DNA of 64,000 bases from Vulcanimicrobiota bacterium (GCA_963733295.1 CAVTCS010000003.1:1312001-1376000), one strand, 5' to 3'; shown: positions 18,723-30,916, counted from the stretch's first letter. The notes: a model not told the origin generated them from the sequence alone. A program made the numbers and translations.

Positions 18723-20287
18723 TTCGTTTTGATCGTGAAGGACCAGCTGCGTTCGGTCGTATTGCCGGCGGTGTCGGTAACGCGGACGCTGACCTTGACC
18801 GGTCCGTCGGGATAGTCCACCCCCGGGCTGTAGGTGATGAACGTGCTCGAGCGCGTCGTCGACGAGGTAACGTCATGCCCGTTGACGATAAGCGTGAGGC
18901 TCGAGACGTTGAGCGGGATCTCGGTCGGAGCCGCAAAGGTCGCGTAGATGCTGGGCCGGCTGTTATTGACGGTTTGGTTGGGCGGCGGCGCGACGTCGGT
19001 CACCGCCGGCGGCGTCGTCGCGGCCGAAAGCGTGGTGGCGGCTTGGACCCGCGTCGAGACGCTCGCGCCGACGCTCAGGTGACCGAAAACCGGCACGCTC
19101 GTCACGTTGAAGCGGTCGGGAATCGTGAAGCGTCCGCGATAGTTTCCGGGGCTGACCTCCGTCATGTCGAGACCGTTCAAGTAGTCGCCGATGTCGAAGC
19201 TCGCGCGCCCGCCCGGCGTCCCCGCCATCGTCACCTCCAGCGTCTCGCCGGCATGCAGCGGGCGCAGCGGCGAGAGCGCGAAAGCGGTCACCGTGACCGC
19301 AACGCCGGGAGTCGCGGAAGGCGCGCCGGATCCGTTCGGTGCCGGGTTCGTGCGGGATGCGATGATCTGCCGTAATTCGCCGGTTTCCGGGTTGCTGCGA
19401 ACGGTGACGGTGTCGCCGACCTGCAAGTCCGCGATGCGTGCCGCTGCGCCGTTGAGCGAAATCTCGGTGCTCCGTCCCGGCGTCACCACGCGTCCGTTCG
19501 CGAGCACGAAGGCTACCGGCGAGAGTGCCGAGATCGTTCCGCTCTGCGACTTGTAGTACGCGTGGACTTCGGCGACGCGTCCGTCGTGCAACAGAACCAC
19601 GAGCAATTGATCGCCGACCCTGATGTCCGAGATCTGCGCGTGCATTTGCGTGTGGACGGTGACGTCTTCGACGTACACCTTCGCGTCGGAGGTGATGCTG
19701 ATCGTCCGCGGGTGACCGCTCTCGACGACCGTAATCGAAGGAGGCGCCGAGTCGGCGTCGACTTCCGCAACGACGCCCTGCACGCTCGTGCCGCCACCGG
19801 CCCGTGACTGCGTCGCGTCGTTGTTGCGTCCGATGTACGCGGACACGATCTCGACGCGACCGGCGTGCTGGTCGAAGTTGACCGTCGCTCCCAGCGCGGC
19901 GCTGAGGAAGCGCAGGGGGAGGTAGAGCGCGTCCTTATATTCGGTCACCGGGGAATCGAGGCCGACCGTCTTTCCGTTGACGGTCGCTTCGCTGCTGCCG
20001 ACGGTCAGCCTGATGTTACCGCTCGGCAGCCGCGCCAGAATCGTCGGGCCGTCGCGCGAAATCGCGATGCCGAGCGCCGCGAAGACGGCGCGCAACGGCA
20101 AGAGCACGCGGCCCGCAACGACCCGCGGCTGATCGTCCTCGGGCAGCTGCTCGCCGTTGATGACGATCGCGATCGAGCGCGTAGGCCGCTCGACGGCGGG
20201 GGTCGGCGACGGTCGCGGTGCCGCGAACGCCGCCGGCGCGACGAGCACGGCGGCGCACGCAAACGCGAGGAACCGAAGGACTTTCAT
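18719..20287 (-). CDS. Secreted protein with copper amine oxidase N-terminal (stalk) domain and beta-rich repeats
   Basis: Signal peptide; GRVLLPLRAVFAALG and YLPLRFLSAALGATV motifs; two DIRVGD/DLQVGD repeats; Ig-like C-terminus. Confidence 0.8.
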   Translation of the reverse strand: MKVLRFLAFACAAVLVAPAAFAAPRPSPTPAVERPTRSIAIVINGEQLPEDDQPRVVAGRVLLPLRAVFAALGIAISRDGPTILARLPSGNIRLTVGSSEATVNGKTVGLDSPVTEYKDALYLPLRFLSAALGATVNFDQHAGRVEIVSAYIGRNNDATQSRAGGGTSVQGVVAEVDADSAPPSITVVESGHPRTISITSDAKVYVEDVTVHTQMHAQISDIRVGDQLLVVLLHDGRVAEVHAYYKSQSGTISALSPVAFVLANGRVVTPGRSTEISLNGAAARIADLQVGDTVTVRSNPETGELRQIIASRTNPAPNGSGAPSATPGVAVTVTAFALSPLRPLHAGETLEVTMAGTPGGRASFDIGDYLNGLDMTEVSPGNYRGRFTIPDRFNVTSVPVFGHLSVGASVSTRVQAATTLSAATTPPAVTDVAPPPNQTVNNSRPSIYATFAAPTEIPLNVSSLTLIVNGHDVTSSTTRSSTFITYSPGVDYPDGPVKVSVRVTDTAGNTTERSWSFTIKTK

Positions 20288-21296
20288 CGACCTGGAGTTT
20301 GCTCCAACACTTCGCGATACACCTCGGCGGTCTTCGCGGCACACCGATCCCACGTCAGGGTTCGAGCGAAGCGCCGGGCTGCTTCGCTCGCGCGAGGGGC
20401 CGCGAGCGCGCGCCGCATGAGCGCCGAGAGCGATTGGGCGTCCCGCGCCGGGAAAAGCTCGACGAAGGGCGCGAGCGGACGCGGAACGGCATCGCCGCAC
20501 GCGATCACGTGCGTTCCGGCGCAGAGCGCCTCGAGTTGCGGCAATCCGAAGCCCTCACGAAGCGCCGGATGGACGAGCGCGACCGAGCCGCGAAAAAAGC
20601 GGGCCAGACGCTGCGAGTCGACGTCGCCGAGAAATTGCAGCCGTCCGCGCGCGCGCTCGGGACGGACGCCGGGCAAATCGTCGCTGCCGGTGAGGTACAG
20701 ATCGGCCTCGACGGCAGGATCGAGCGCGGCCCAAGCAGCCAGCAGCGTGCCCAGGTCCTTGTGCGGCCGGTGGTTACCCGCATAGATGAAGTACGGTCGC
20801 GGAGCCGGCTCGGGTTCCACGTCGGACAGAAACGCGTCGTCGACGCCGAGCGGAACGACCCGCACCTTCGCCGGGGGAACCCCAAGATAGCGTTCGAGAT
20901 CTTCGACGGTACGTTCGTCGTCGGTGATCACTCGCGCCGCGCGCGCGCACAGACTGCGCACGACCAGCGTATAGTACGGCACCACGCTGCGCTTGTGGAA
21001 CGCAGGAAAGTTCAGGTGGATCAGGTCGTGAATCGTCAAGACGAAAGGCCGCGGCGCCAAATACGGTGCGTACATCGAGAGAAAATGGACGAGGCGGGGA
21101 CGGGCCCGGCGCAAGCGCAGCGGAAGCGCGATCTGTTCTTCGAACCCGAAACTGGTGCCGTGCGAGAATTCGGCAAAGCTCAGATCGGGCGCCATGCGGG
21201 GCAAGCGCGCGGCTAGTTCGCTCGCATACGCCTGCATGCCGGCGGAGATGTGCCTCGTGCGGGGCACGTCGAGCGCCACGTCGAGGCGGGCGGCGC

Positions 21297-21300
<4 letters not shown>
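20284..21300 (-). CDS. Glycosyltransferase family 4
   Basis: TIHDL, NHRPHKDL, EGFGLPQLEA. Confidence 0.9.
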
Positions 21301-23761
<2,461 letters not shown>

Positions 23762-24583
23762 TTAGCCTGCGAGGGCGACGACACGGTCGAGCCCGGCGTA
23801 GTCCCGCAACACGCTGCAGGTCCTTCCCGGGAAGTTCCTCGCGACGAGCGCGGCCAGGTCCGAGGCCGTGTCCGGCCCCGTTTCGAGAAACATCGCACCA
23901 TCCGGCGCTAAGCGCGGCGACGCTTGCTCGAGGAAGCGACGATAGACCTCCAAGCCGTCGCAGCCACCGTCGAGCGCGAGTTGAGGCTCGAACGACGTCG
24001 GATCGGGCGCGAGCGCGAGATCGGCGGTCGGTACGTAGGGCAGGTTCGCCACGATGCAATCGAAGCGCGCAGTCTCGCCGGCGAAGAGATCGGCCTCACG
24101 GAATTCGATCCGCGAATCGACGCCGTGCGCGCGCGCGTTGCGCCGTGCCACGGCGAGCGCTTCGGGCGAGCGATCGATCGCGCACAGCGCGAGTGCGGGA
24201 CGCTCGCGTGCAAGCGAAATCGCCAAGATTCCGCTGCCGGTGCCCGCGTCGCAAACTCGCCGAACGCGTTCGGGATGGCCGTCGACGAATGCGAGTGCCG
24301 CTTCCAGGACCTGTTCGGTTTCGGGCCGGGGAACGAGCACCGCCGGCGACACCTCGAAGCGGCGCCCGTAGAACCAGCATTCGCCCGTGATATAAGCGAC
24401 GGGTTCGCCTCGCGCGCGCCGCTCCAGCGCGCGCTCGTAGCGCTCCGAGGCCGGCGCGTCAAGCGGATCCTCGGCGTGCGCGACGAGCCAGGCTCCGTCC
24501 TTGCCGGACGCGTAGCGGAGCAGAACGTTCGCGTCGACGAGCGCTGCGGGCGTTCCGCCCAAGCGCCGGCGCGCAGCGGCCAA
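23762..24583 (-). CDS. prmC: Release factor glutamine methyltransferase PrmC/HemK (start uncertain)
   Basis: RRARGEPVAYITG, VLVPRPETE, DAGTGSG, ANLPY, EP.LALDGG. Confidence 0.93.
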   Translation of the reverse strand: MAAARRRLGGTPAALVDANVLLRYASGKDGAWLVAHAEDPLDAPASERYERALERRARGEPVAYITGECWFYGRRFEVSPAVLVPRPETEQVLEAALAFVDGHPERVRRVCDAGTGSGILAISLARERPALALCAIDRSPEALAVARRNARAHGVDSRIEFREADLFAGETARFDCIVANLPYVPTADLALAPDPTSFEPQLALDGGCDGLEVYRRFLEQASPRLAPDGAMFLETGPDTASDLAALVARNFPGRTCSVLRDYAGLDRVVALAG

Positions 24584-24685
24584 GGCGTCACGGACGGTCC
24601 GGACTCACAGCCGGCCTTCCTTTAGAGATCACCTCGTAGAGATCATCTCGGGATCATCGAGAGATCGTCGCTTACAAGGCATCGC

Positions 24686-25072
24686 TTAGAAATCGTCGGC
24701 CAGCGAAGCGAGCACGGCTGGATGCTCTTCGTAGGCCAAGCCGTCAAATTTCCATGCGAGCGACCAACCCGAAGCTCCGCTCAGGTTCGCGGTGCCTTCG
24801 TCATCCTCGTCCGAATAGCGAAGCTCGAGCGAACTCAATCCCACGCTCTGCGGAAACGCGCCGGCCGCATTCTCCACCGATAAAGCCGAGGTGCCGAAGA
24901 ACGTCAGGCCGGCGCGATAGGTTGCATCCTCATCCGGGCGCACTTTCCCGTAAAGATTGACGCTGAGGCGGCGCGCCAGCATCTCGAGGCTGATTTCGAC
25001 GATCGCGCAACCGGCGAAAGTGCGCCGCGCCACGAGATCGAGCGCCTCGCGATCGCGCCGTTCCGCGCTCAT
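24686..25072 (-). CDS. Hypothetical protein
   Basis: 128-aa ORF whose ATG overlaps the stop of the duplicated prfA 3' fragment (ATGA). Confidence 0.7.
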   Translation of the reverse strand: MSAERRDREALDLVARRTFAGCAIVEISLEMLARRLSVNLYGKVRPDEDATYRAGLTFFGTSALSVENAAGAFPQSVGLSSLELRYSDEDDEGTANLSGASGWSLAWKFDGLAYEEHPAVLASLADDF

Positions 25073-25194
25073 GAGACGCTCGCCATCTCGCCGGCGAGCA
25101 AACGCGTCTTCTCGTCCTGTTGTAAACGGGCCACGATGCGGCCGAGGTCGCCGTTCATGACGCCCTCGATGTTACCGAAGTTCTCGTTGATGCG
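25064..25194 (-). repeat. Direct repeat of the prfA 3' end (copy 2; copy 1 at 25766-25896)
   Basis: 131-bp direct repeat with 12 mismatches by manual alignment, mostly at synonymous positions; encodes RINENFGNIEGVMNGDLGRIVARLQQDEKTRLLAGEMASVS*. Confidence 0.95.
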
Positions 25195-25247
25195 GCCTAC
25201 GCTCACTTGCCGAAGGCGGCGTCGCAAAGCTGTCCTCGCCGAGCGCG

Positions 25248-25748
25248 TTAGAATGGCGTGGAGTTCCATTGCGCATAAAGATTTTTCGCCGCCGCAGCCG
25301 GCATACTGGGATCAACCTCTTGGAGCACTGCCGCGGACAATCCCCCGCCCCCTGTGTATCCCTTCAGATGCGCCTGCACGGGTAGCACCTGGACGTCTGC
25401 CTCGAAGACCGCCGTATTCGTCGCGTCGGCATACGTGAAATACACAAGAATATAATTGGTGAGATGCCCAAGCGGCGGCCTGGCTTCGTACGAAAGTTCG
25501 CCCTTTGGGAAACGAATCGAACTCGCGCTGACCCCGTAGCCGGCCTCCCTATTCTCAACTGTCGCGTGGCGCGGGTTGCCGGTGGATCGGGGGATCTCGG
25601 GATGCGCGCCTCTCTGCGACTGAAGCGCTTGGTTCGTAGGTTGTTTTTCAGAACTTGCTGAGCTGGTAGTTGAATTGCCCGAGCAGGAGCACAAGGCGAG
25701 GGCGCCCGTCAGCAGTATCTGAACGGCCCTTTCAAGGTTCACAATCAT
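25248..25748 (-). CDS. Hypothetical lipoprotein inserted between the prfA repeats
   Basis: MIVNLERAVQILLTGALALCSC lipobox followed by a Ser/Thr linker; locally AT-richer sequence. Confidence 0.65.
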   Translation of the reverse strand: MIVNLERAVQILLTGALALCSCSGNSTTSSASSEKQPTNQALQSQRGAHPEIPRSTGNPRHATVENREAGYGVSASSIRFPKGELSYEARPPLGHLTNYILVYFTYADATNTAVFEADVQVLPVQAHLKGYTGGGGLSAAVLQEVDPSMPAAAAKNLYAQWNSTPF

Positions 25749-25770
25749 CGCACCAGCCGCATCAACGCGC

Positions 25771-26859
25771 TCATGAAATGCTCGCCATCTCGCCTGCCAG
25801 CAAACGCGTCTTCTCATCCTGTTGCAAGCGCGCGACGAGACGGCCGAGGTCGCCGTTCATCACGCCCTCGATGTTACCGAAGTTCTCGTTGATGCGATGG
25901 TCGGTGATGCGGTCCTGCGGGAAGTTGTACGTGCGAATCTTCTCGGACCGGTCACCGGTTCCGACTTGACTCTTGCGCAGGCTCCCGACCGCCTCTTCGG
26001 CTTCGCGCCGCTTGCGGTCGAGCAGGACGCTGCGCAGCATCCCCATGGCGCGCTCGCGGTTCTGAAGTTGCGAACGCTCCTCGCTGCAGCTGACCACGAC
26101 GCCGCTCGGCAGGTGCGTGATTCGAATCGCCGACTCGGTTTTGTTGACGTGCTGTCCTCCCGCACCCGAGGCTTTGTAGGTGTCGATCTGGAGATCTTTG
26201 GGATTGATCTCGACCTCGACGTCCTCGGCTTCGGGAAGCACGGCGACCGTCGCGGTGCTCGTATGCACGCGGCCTTGCGACTCGGTCACAGGCACGCGCT
26301 GCACGCGGTGCACGCCGCTCTCGTACTTGAGGAACCGGTAAGGCTGGCCGTCGCGAATGCCCAGGACGATTTCCTTGAACCCGCCGGCCTCGCTCTCGCT
26401 CTGCGAAAGGACTTCGACCTTCATCTTCATCGTCTCGGCGTAGCGCGCGTACATGCGCGCCAGCTCGGCCGCGAACAGGCTCGCTTCGTCGCCGCCGGCT
26501 CCGGCCCGGATCTCAACGAAGACGTCCTTGCCGTCGTTCGGATCGCGCGGCAGCATGAGTTCCGTCAAATTGGCCTCGAGCGTCTTGCGCGCCTCACGCA
26601 AAGTTTTGGCCTCTTCTTCGGCCAGCTCGTGCATTTCGGGATCGGTGCGATCGCCGAGCAGTTCATCGTTCGCCTCGATCTGCTGGAGAACGCCACGATA
26701 GTCGCGATAAATCCTCACGGTCTGCTCGATCGCGGCGCGTTCCTTGACGAGCGCGGTGAAGCGGACTTGATCGAAGGTTTCGCCGGGATTGGCGAGCTCC
26801 GCTTCGATCTCATCGAACCGGTTCGAAAGAGTCTCCAGACGGTCGAGATTGAACATCAT
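25771..26859 (-). CDS. prfA: Peptide chain release factor 1
   Basis: EIRAGAGGDEA, ESGVHRVQRVPVTE (PxT motif of RF1), GAGGQHVN, DRSEKIRTYNFPQ. Confidence 0.98.
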   Translation of the reverse strand: MMFNLDRLETLSNRFDEIEAELANPGETFDQVRFTALVKERAAIEQTVRIYRDYRGVLQQIEANDELLGDRTDPEMHELAEEEAKTLREARKTLEANLTELMLPRDPNDGKDVFVEIRAGAGGDEASLFAAELARMYARYAETMKMKVEVLSQSESEAGGFKEIVLGIRDGQPYRFLKYESGVHRVQRVPVTESQGRVHTSTATVAVLPEAEDVEVEINPKDLQIDTYKASGAGGQHVNKTESAIRITHLPSGVVVSCSEERSQLQNRERAMGMLRSVLLDRKRREAEEAVGSLRKSQVGTGDRSEKIRTYNFPQDRITDHRINENFGNIEGVMNGDLGRLVARLQQDEKTRLLAGEMASIS

Positions 26860-26862
26860 GAT

Positions 26863-26894
26863 GAAAAGAACGAGCCGCAAAGGCTGCGGCTCGT
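26863..26894 (-). terminator. Intrinsic terminator after rpmE
   Basis: Minus strand ACGAGCCGCA-GCCTT-TGCGGCTCGT followed by TCTTTTC. Confidence 0.7.
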
Positions 26895-26913
26895 CTATTG
26901 GAAACCTCGAAGG

Positions 26914-27183
26914 TTAGGCGTCGGCCGCGGCGGCCTCGGTCTTCTTTCGCTTCCGCTCGGCGGCTTCGCTCTTCTTCTGCTCGGCGGCCGCAAGCCGCTG
27001 GTTGAACTTGTCGACCCGGCCGGCGGTGTCGATGAACTTCTGTTGCCCCGTAAACAGCGGGTGGCATGCCGAACAGATCTCGACGCCGATCTCCTTCATC
27101 GTCGAGCCGGTCGTAAACACGCTCCCGCATGCGCAGTGAACGCGCGCCTCTGGGTACCACGTAGGATGAATCTTCTCTTTCAC
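26914..27183 (-). CDS. rpmE: 50S ribosomal protein L31 (zinc-binding type)
   Basis: [26 protein letters not shown]. Confidence 0.97.
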   Translation of the reverse strand: MKEKIHPTWYPEARVHCACGSVFTTGSTMKEIGVEICSACHPLFTGQQKFIDTAGRVDKFNQRLAAAEQKKSEAAERKRKKTEAAAADA

Positions 27184-27192
27184 AGCCGTTCC

Positions 27193-27201
27193 ATAATAAC
27201 A
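27193..27201 (-). promoter_or_regulatory. Extended -10 element just upstream of rpmE (possibly near-leaderless mRNA)
   Basis: Minus strand TGTTATTAT ending 9 nt before the GTG start; no strong SD sequence. Confidence 0.45.
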
Positions 27202-27252
27202 GAGGGCGCAAGGGGCGCGGTTGCGCCGCAGGCTAGGGATACGGGGAGCATC

Positions 27253-29361
27253 CTAGACCCCGGCGACCGCTTTGACGAGGTTTCTCGCAAAGGGCGCTCC
27301 CAGGCCGGTCACGAGATCCAGGCCGGGTCCGGCGTTGTACCCCGGTGCGAAGGGCGGCGTCGGCGTGGCCCGCGGTCCCGGGGTGCCGTTTGGGGTGAAC
27401 GGCGCGCCATTGGCGCCGTAGAGTACGTCGTAGAACACGCTGCTGTAGCTGGACAGCTGGTTCTGATAGACCTTGTAGTAGTAGTTGTTCGGATTGCCGA
27501 GCCGGTACGGGTACGCGCCGGGCCCGCTCCCGCAGCCGGCCGTAGCTTTGCAAGCGGAAAGGACCAGCGCCCACATCGCCGCGGCCTCGGGCGTCGCAAC
27601 GCTCGTGCCGCCGATCGGTGCGACGATGCGGCCTCCTAAGTTCGGCAGCGCGTCCAAGACGACGGCGACGCCGGTGTTGAGGTCCGCGTCGAGTGAAACG
27701 TCGGGCTGGCTCCGTTTATTTCCAACGAGTGCGGTACATGGGTCGGGTGGTGTCAGCGCGCTCTCGAAGGCCGGCTGAGGAAACGTCTCAGAACATCCTC
27801 CGCCCGAACCGCCGGTTTGCGTCTGCTGCCCCCAGCCGGTCATCGGCCCGGTCAGCGCGCCCGAACTGTCGAGCGGCGTGTTCAAACCACCGACGCTCAC
27901 CACGTTCGGATCGGTCGAGGGATACGAAACGCACTCCGCGTTCGGGTTGGTTTCGATCGTCGAATCCAAGCAGGCTTGCGCGCCATTGTCGCCGGACGCG
28001 GCGAAGATTGCGACGCCTTCGGCCGCGAGCGCGCTGAACTCGGCCGGGCCGAAACCGTTTCCACTCGAATCGTAGTAGTATCCCAGCGAGTCAGGTTCGT
28101 CGCCGCCGAAACTCATCGAGATGACGTCCGCCGTTCCGGTGCCGATCGCTTCTTGGATCTCGTCGTCGGTGAGGAAGATGCCCAGTTCTTGGCTAGGCGC
28201 GCCGCCCGGTGGGTTCGGACAGTTGGTCGTGAAAGGGCCGCCCGCGGTGAAGCACTCGTGCGGGTTGTACGCGATGTAAAACTGGACGCTCGCGCCGGGC
28301 GCGAGGCTTGCGGCCTGTTCGGTGTCGAGCTGCGCCTCGCCGTCTTCAGGATTGCACGTGGTGTAATCCGTCGGATAGACCGGCGGACTGGCAAGGAGGT
28401 TGACGCCTTGCGCCGTGCAGGCCGAAGTGTTCGGCGCCGTTACCGGTGGCGGCGGCACGAGCCCTTTTGAGTAGGAACCGCCCGGCGAACCGTCACCAGG
28501 CGAAACGTTGGCATCGGTGCTGTACACTTGCGTAACCGGCGCGCAGCTGCGCCCGAACATGAAACAGAACTCGGAAACGTCCCCGGGCGTGCCGGTGTTG
28601 TCGGTAATCGGTCCCGTGCCGATGATGCCGATCGTGATGCCCGCACCGGTGAAGCCGGCCTGAGCCGCGCCGGTGTAGTCGAAGACGTTGGCGATTTGCT
28701 GGGGCGAATAACCCTGCAGCAGTCCGTTTCCGGCGCGAACCGGAACCATATTCCGGTCCCGGAAGCGGTATTTCGCGACGGAGGTCAGCCCGGCGATCCG
28801 CAGCCCGAGCGGCAGCTTCGGCGCGCTGCTCGGTGCGATGAAGGTCTGATTTCCCTTTTTAAAGAGGCCGAACGTTATCCCCAGCGCGGCCTCGACGCCG
28901 CTTTGAGGCCCGAAGGCACGCATCATCTGACGCTGCGGATACGTCTCGACGGTGATCCCGTAGCCGTTGAGGTACTTGACCGCGCGCGTGTAGTCGGCTT
29001 GCGCCGCGCCGAAGCGCGCGCCGATCTCTTGCGGCGTAAGCCAGTGCCGGAAAAGCGGCGAATGCGGATCGTTCGCCGCTTTGGCGTAGGCTGCCAAGCC
29101 CGCGGCGTTGGACATCTGAATCCAGACGTCCAGGCCGACCGAATTCATCTGCGCCCGCCCAACGTAGCTCGCGCCTTGCAGAAGGTTCGCCCCGTACACC
29201 GCGGAGGTGGCTGCACCCGCGCCGCCGCCGCTGACCGGGCCACCGGGGGATGAGCCGTTTCCCACCGCCGGTACGGACGAGTGACCTCCACTGCACGCGA
29301 GCATGCCGAGCAGGGCGAGGTACGCCGGAATTCTGGCCACACATCGCGCGAGGTTCTTCAT
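27253..29361 (-). CDS. S53 (sedolisin/kumamolisin) family peptidase, lipoprotein
   Basis: Lipobox LAC, prodomain, catalytic EAQLD, SGDNG, GGTS, Ca-site DV...GLDLVTGLG. Confidence 0.92.
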   Translation of the reverse strand: MKNLARCVARIPAYLALLGMLACSGGHSSVPAVGNGSSPGGPVSGGGAGAATSAVYGANLLQGASYVGRAQMNSVGLDVWIQMSNAAGLAAYAKAANDPHSPLFRHWLTPQEIGARFGAAQADYTRAVKYLNGYGITVETYPQRQMMRAFGPQSGVEAALGITFGLFKKGNQTFIAPSSAPKLPLGLRIAGLTSVAKYRFRDRNMVPVRAGNGLLQGYSPQQIANVFDYTGAAQAGFTGAGITIGIIGTGPITDNTGTPGDVSEFCFMFGRSCAPVTQVYSTDANVSPGDGSPGGSYSKGLVPPPPVTAPNTSACTAQGVNLLASPPVYPTDYTTCNPEDGEAQLDTEQAASLAPGASVQFYIAYNPHECFTAGGPFTTNCPNPPGGAPSQELGIFLTDDEIQEAIGTGTADVISMSFGGDEPDSLGYYYDSSGNGFGPAEFSALAAEGVAIFAASGDNGAQACLDSTIETNPNAECVSYPSTDPNVVSVGGLNTPLDSSGALTGPMTGWGQQTQTGGSGGGCSETFPQPAFESALTPPDPCTALVGNKRSQPDVSLDADLNTGVAVVLDALPNLGGRIVAPIGGTSVATPEAAAMWALVLSACKATAGCGSGPGAYPYRLGNPNNYYYKVYQNQLSSYSSVFYDVLYGANGAPFTPNGTPGPRATPTPPFAPGYNAGPGLDLVTGLGAPFARNLVKAVAGV

Positions 29362-30728
29362 CGATGCAGTCTCTCCGAAAGGGCACGGTGCAGATGGGTC
29401 AGCAGCGTGCGTTCGCGCGCGAGCTTGATGCGCTCGACGGTCGCGATGAAGTTCGCGCGCGCGTTCGCGATGCGGAAGCCGGTCGCTTGCGCCTGAAGGG
29501 TCCGGGAGCGCGCCGACGGCGAAACCGCGGCGGCGGTCAAGCCGAGGGTCGTCGAAACCGTCGTCGTCTCGAGCGGCGTGTTGCTGAAGTTGATCAAGAA
29601 GAGACTTTGCCCGCTGTAGTCGTAGTAGCTCAGCAGCTGGTCGTTCAGCACGACGCACGCCGCGCCGAAATCCGGAACGACGTAAACGGTCTGCAGCAGA
29701 GTCTCGGTGGTCCCGAGAATCGTATCGGTCGTGTGCACTTGCTGCACGACCGCGTTCGCAGTCTGACCGATGGTCGCGGGTACGCCGCAACTGCTTGGGA
29801 TGTTCTGCGCTCCCATGTTGGTATCGGTTTCGGTGGAGAGAGCGAGGGGCAGCGTGAACCAAACCGGCACGGTGCCGCTCTGAGGCGTGAAGCCGGGTTG
29901 AGTGATCGTAATCGGAATCATCGGCGACGGGCCGGGCTGGGGCGAGCCAAAGGCGACCACGGTGTTCGGCGGCCCGAGGAACGGAAACGAGTAGGAACCC
30001 GAACCGTCGCTGTTCTCGACGATCGTGGCGGTCACGGGCGCGGGCGGAGGCGTGTACTGCGAACCGCTTGGGAACGTGGTCGTATCGGTGTACGAACCGT
30101 CGGCGTTCACGCTACGGACGGCGCTTTGATTGCCGGGCGACGTTTCGTTGAGCGACTCGGCCGCGTTGTTGCCCCACGACGCGCCCGGAACTTCGGGCAA
30201 CTCGTCGACGATGCGCGGCGCGGCCGCTCCGGATGCGCCGTATTGGATCAGCAGCGTCTCGCCGAAGTTGTCGCTCGAGTTGTATCCGTAGTCAACCAGA
30301 TTCGTTCCCGAGCCCGAGGCGACTTCGGCGTAGTACGTATTCGTCGTTATGGTCGTCGTTTGGAGCGGCGTCGTATCGGTCTCTTGCGTCGTGAAATCGG
30401 CCAAGTTCGAGACGCCGTTGAACGACGCGGGCGCGCTGACGGCGACCGATTGCGTGACATTTGCGATCGAACTTGCGGCCGGACTCGGCGAGGCGCCCTC
30501 GTAGACGAACGTTTGCGACGTCTGACCCGAATACGAGAACGTGTCGCCGTTGGCCAACGGCCGGGTGCTTACGACGACGCTTGGCACCGGTGTGGGCGTC
30601 GGCGTCGCAGGTGGCGCCGTCGGATGCGACGGCGTCGAACTGGAACCGCCGCCGCCCCCGCACGCAGCGAGCGCCAACGCGAGGACGCTGCACAATAGAA
30701 AAACTGCCGGCCGTCCAGATTCCGTCAT
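29358..30728 (-). CDS. Hypothetical Thr/Ser/Pro-rich lipoprotein
   Basis: LALAAC lipobox, Gly/Pro-Thr linker, beta-rich body; ATGA-coupled to the S53 peptidase. Confidence 0.8.
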   Translation of the reverse strand: MTESGRPAVFLLCSVLALALAACGGGGGSSSTPSHPTAPPATPTPTPVPSVVVSTRPLANGDTFSYSGQTSQTFVYEGASPSPAASSIANVTQSVAVSAPASFNGVSNLADFTTQETDTTPLQTTTITTNTYYAEVASGSGTNLVDYGYNSSDNFGETLLIQYGASGAAAPRIVDELPEVPGASWGNNAAESLNETSPGNQSAVRSVNADGSYTDTTTFPSGSQYTPPPAPVTATIVENSDGSGSYSFPFLGPPNTVVAFGSPQPGPSPMIPITITQPGFTPQSGTVPVWFTLPLALSTETDTNMGAQNIPSSCGVPATIGQTANAVVQQVHTTDTILGTTETLLQTVYVVPDFGAACVVLNDQLLSYYDYSGQSLFLINFSNTPLETTTVSTTLGLTAAAVSPSARSRTLQAQATGFRIANARANFIATVERIKLARERTLLTHLHRALSERLHR

Positions 30729-30916
30729 GGCTTTGCGAGTTGCAACAGCGCTGCGAGGTATCCTACATGTCTGAAAATTCTGAGAGCGCAAAGTGAGCAG
30801 CTTGCTCGCCGGCAGTTCCAAGCTCGCAGACGCTCGCGGCCGAGGGGCGGAACCCGAGGAACCAGGCTCGAACGCGCTGCGTTGGCTTTTTAGCCGGCCG
30901 GTTCTCGAGAGGCAGA

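Noticed and set aside
24623..24670. CRISPR array
   Set aside because: Repeats are 14 bp or shorter, adjacent and without spacers; no cas genes in the window.
25069..25269. 66-aa ORF as a real gene or second release factor
   Set aside because: Its C-terminal 41 codons are simply the displaced prfA tail, and its N-terminus overlaps the lipoprotein gene in another frame.
25822..27639. 605-aa plus-strand ORF and similar long shadow ORFs (e.g. 8599-10068, 29250-30698, 53665-55035)
   Set aside because: They lie antisense to well-supported genes; long open shadow frames are expected in high-GC DNA.
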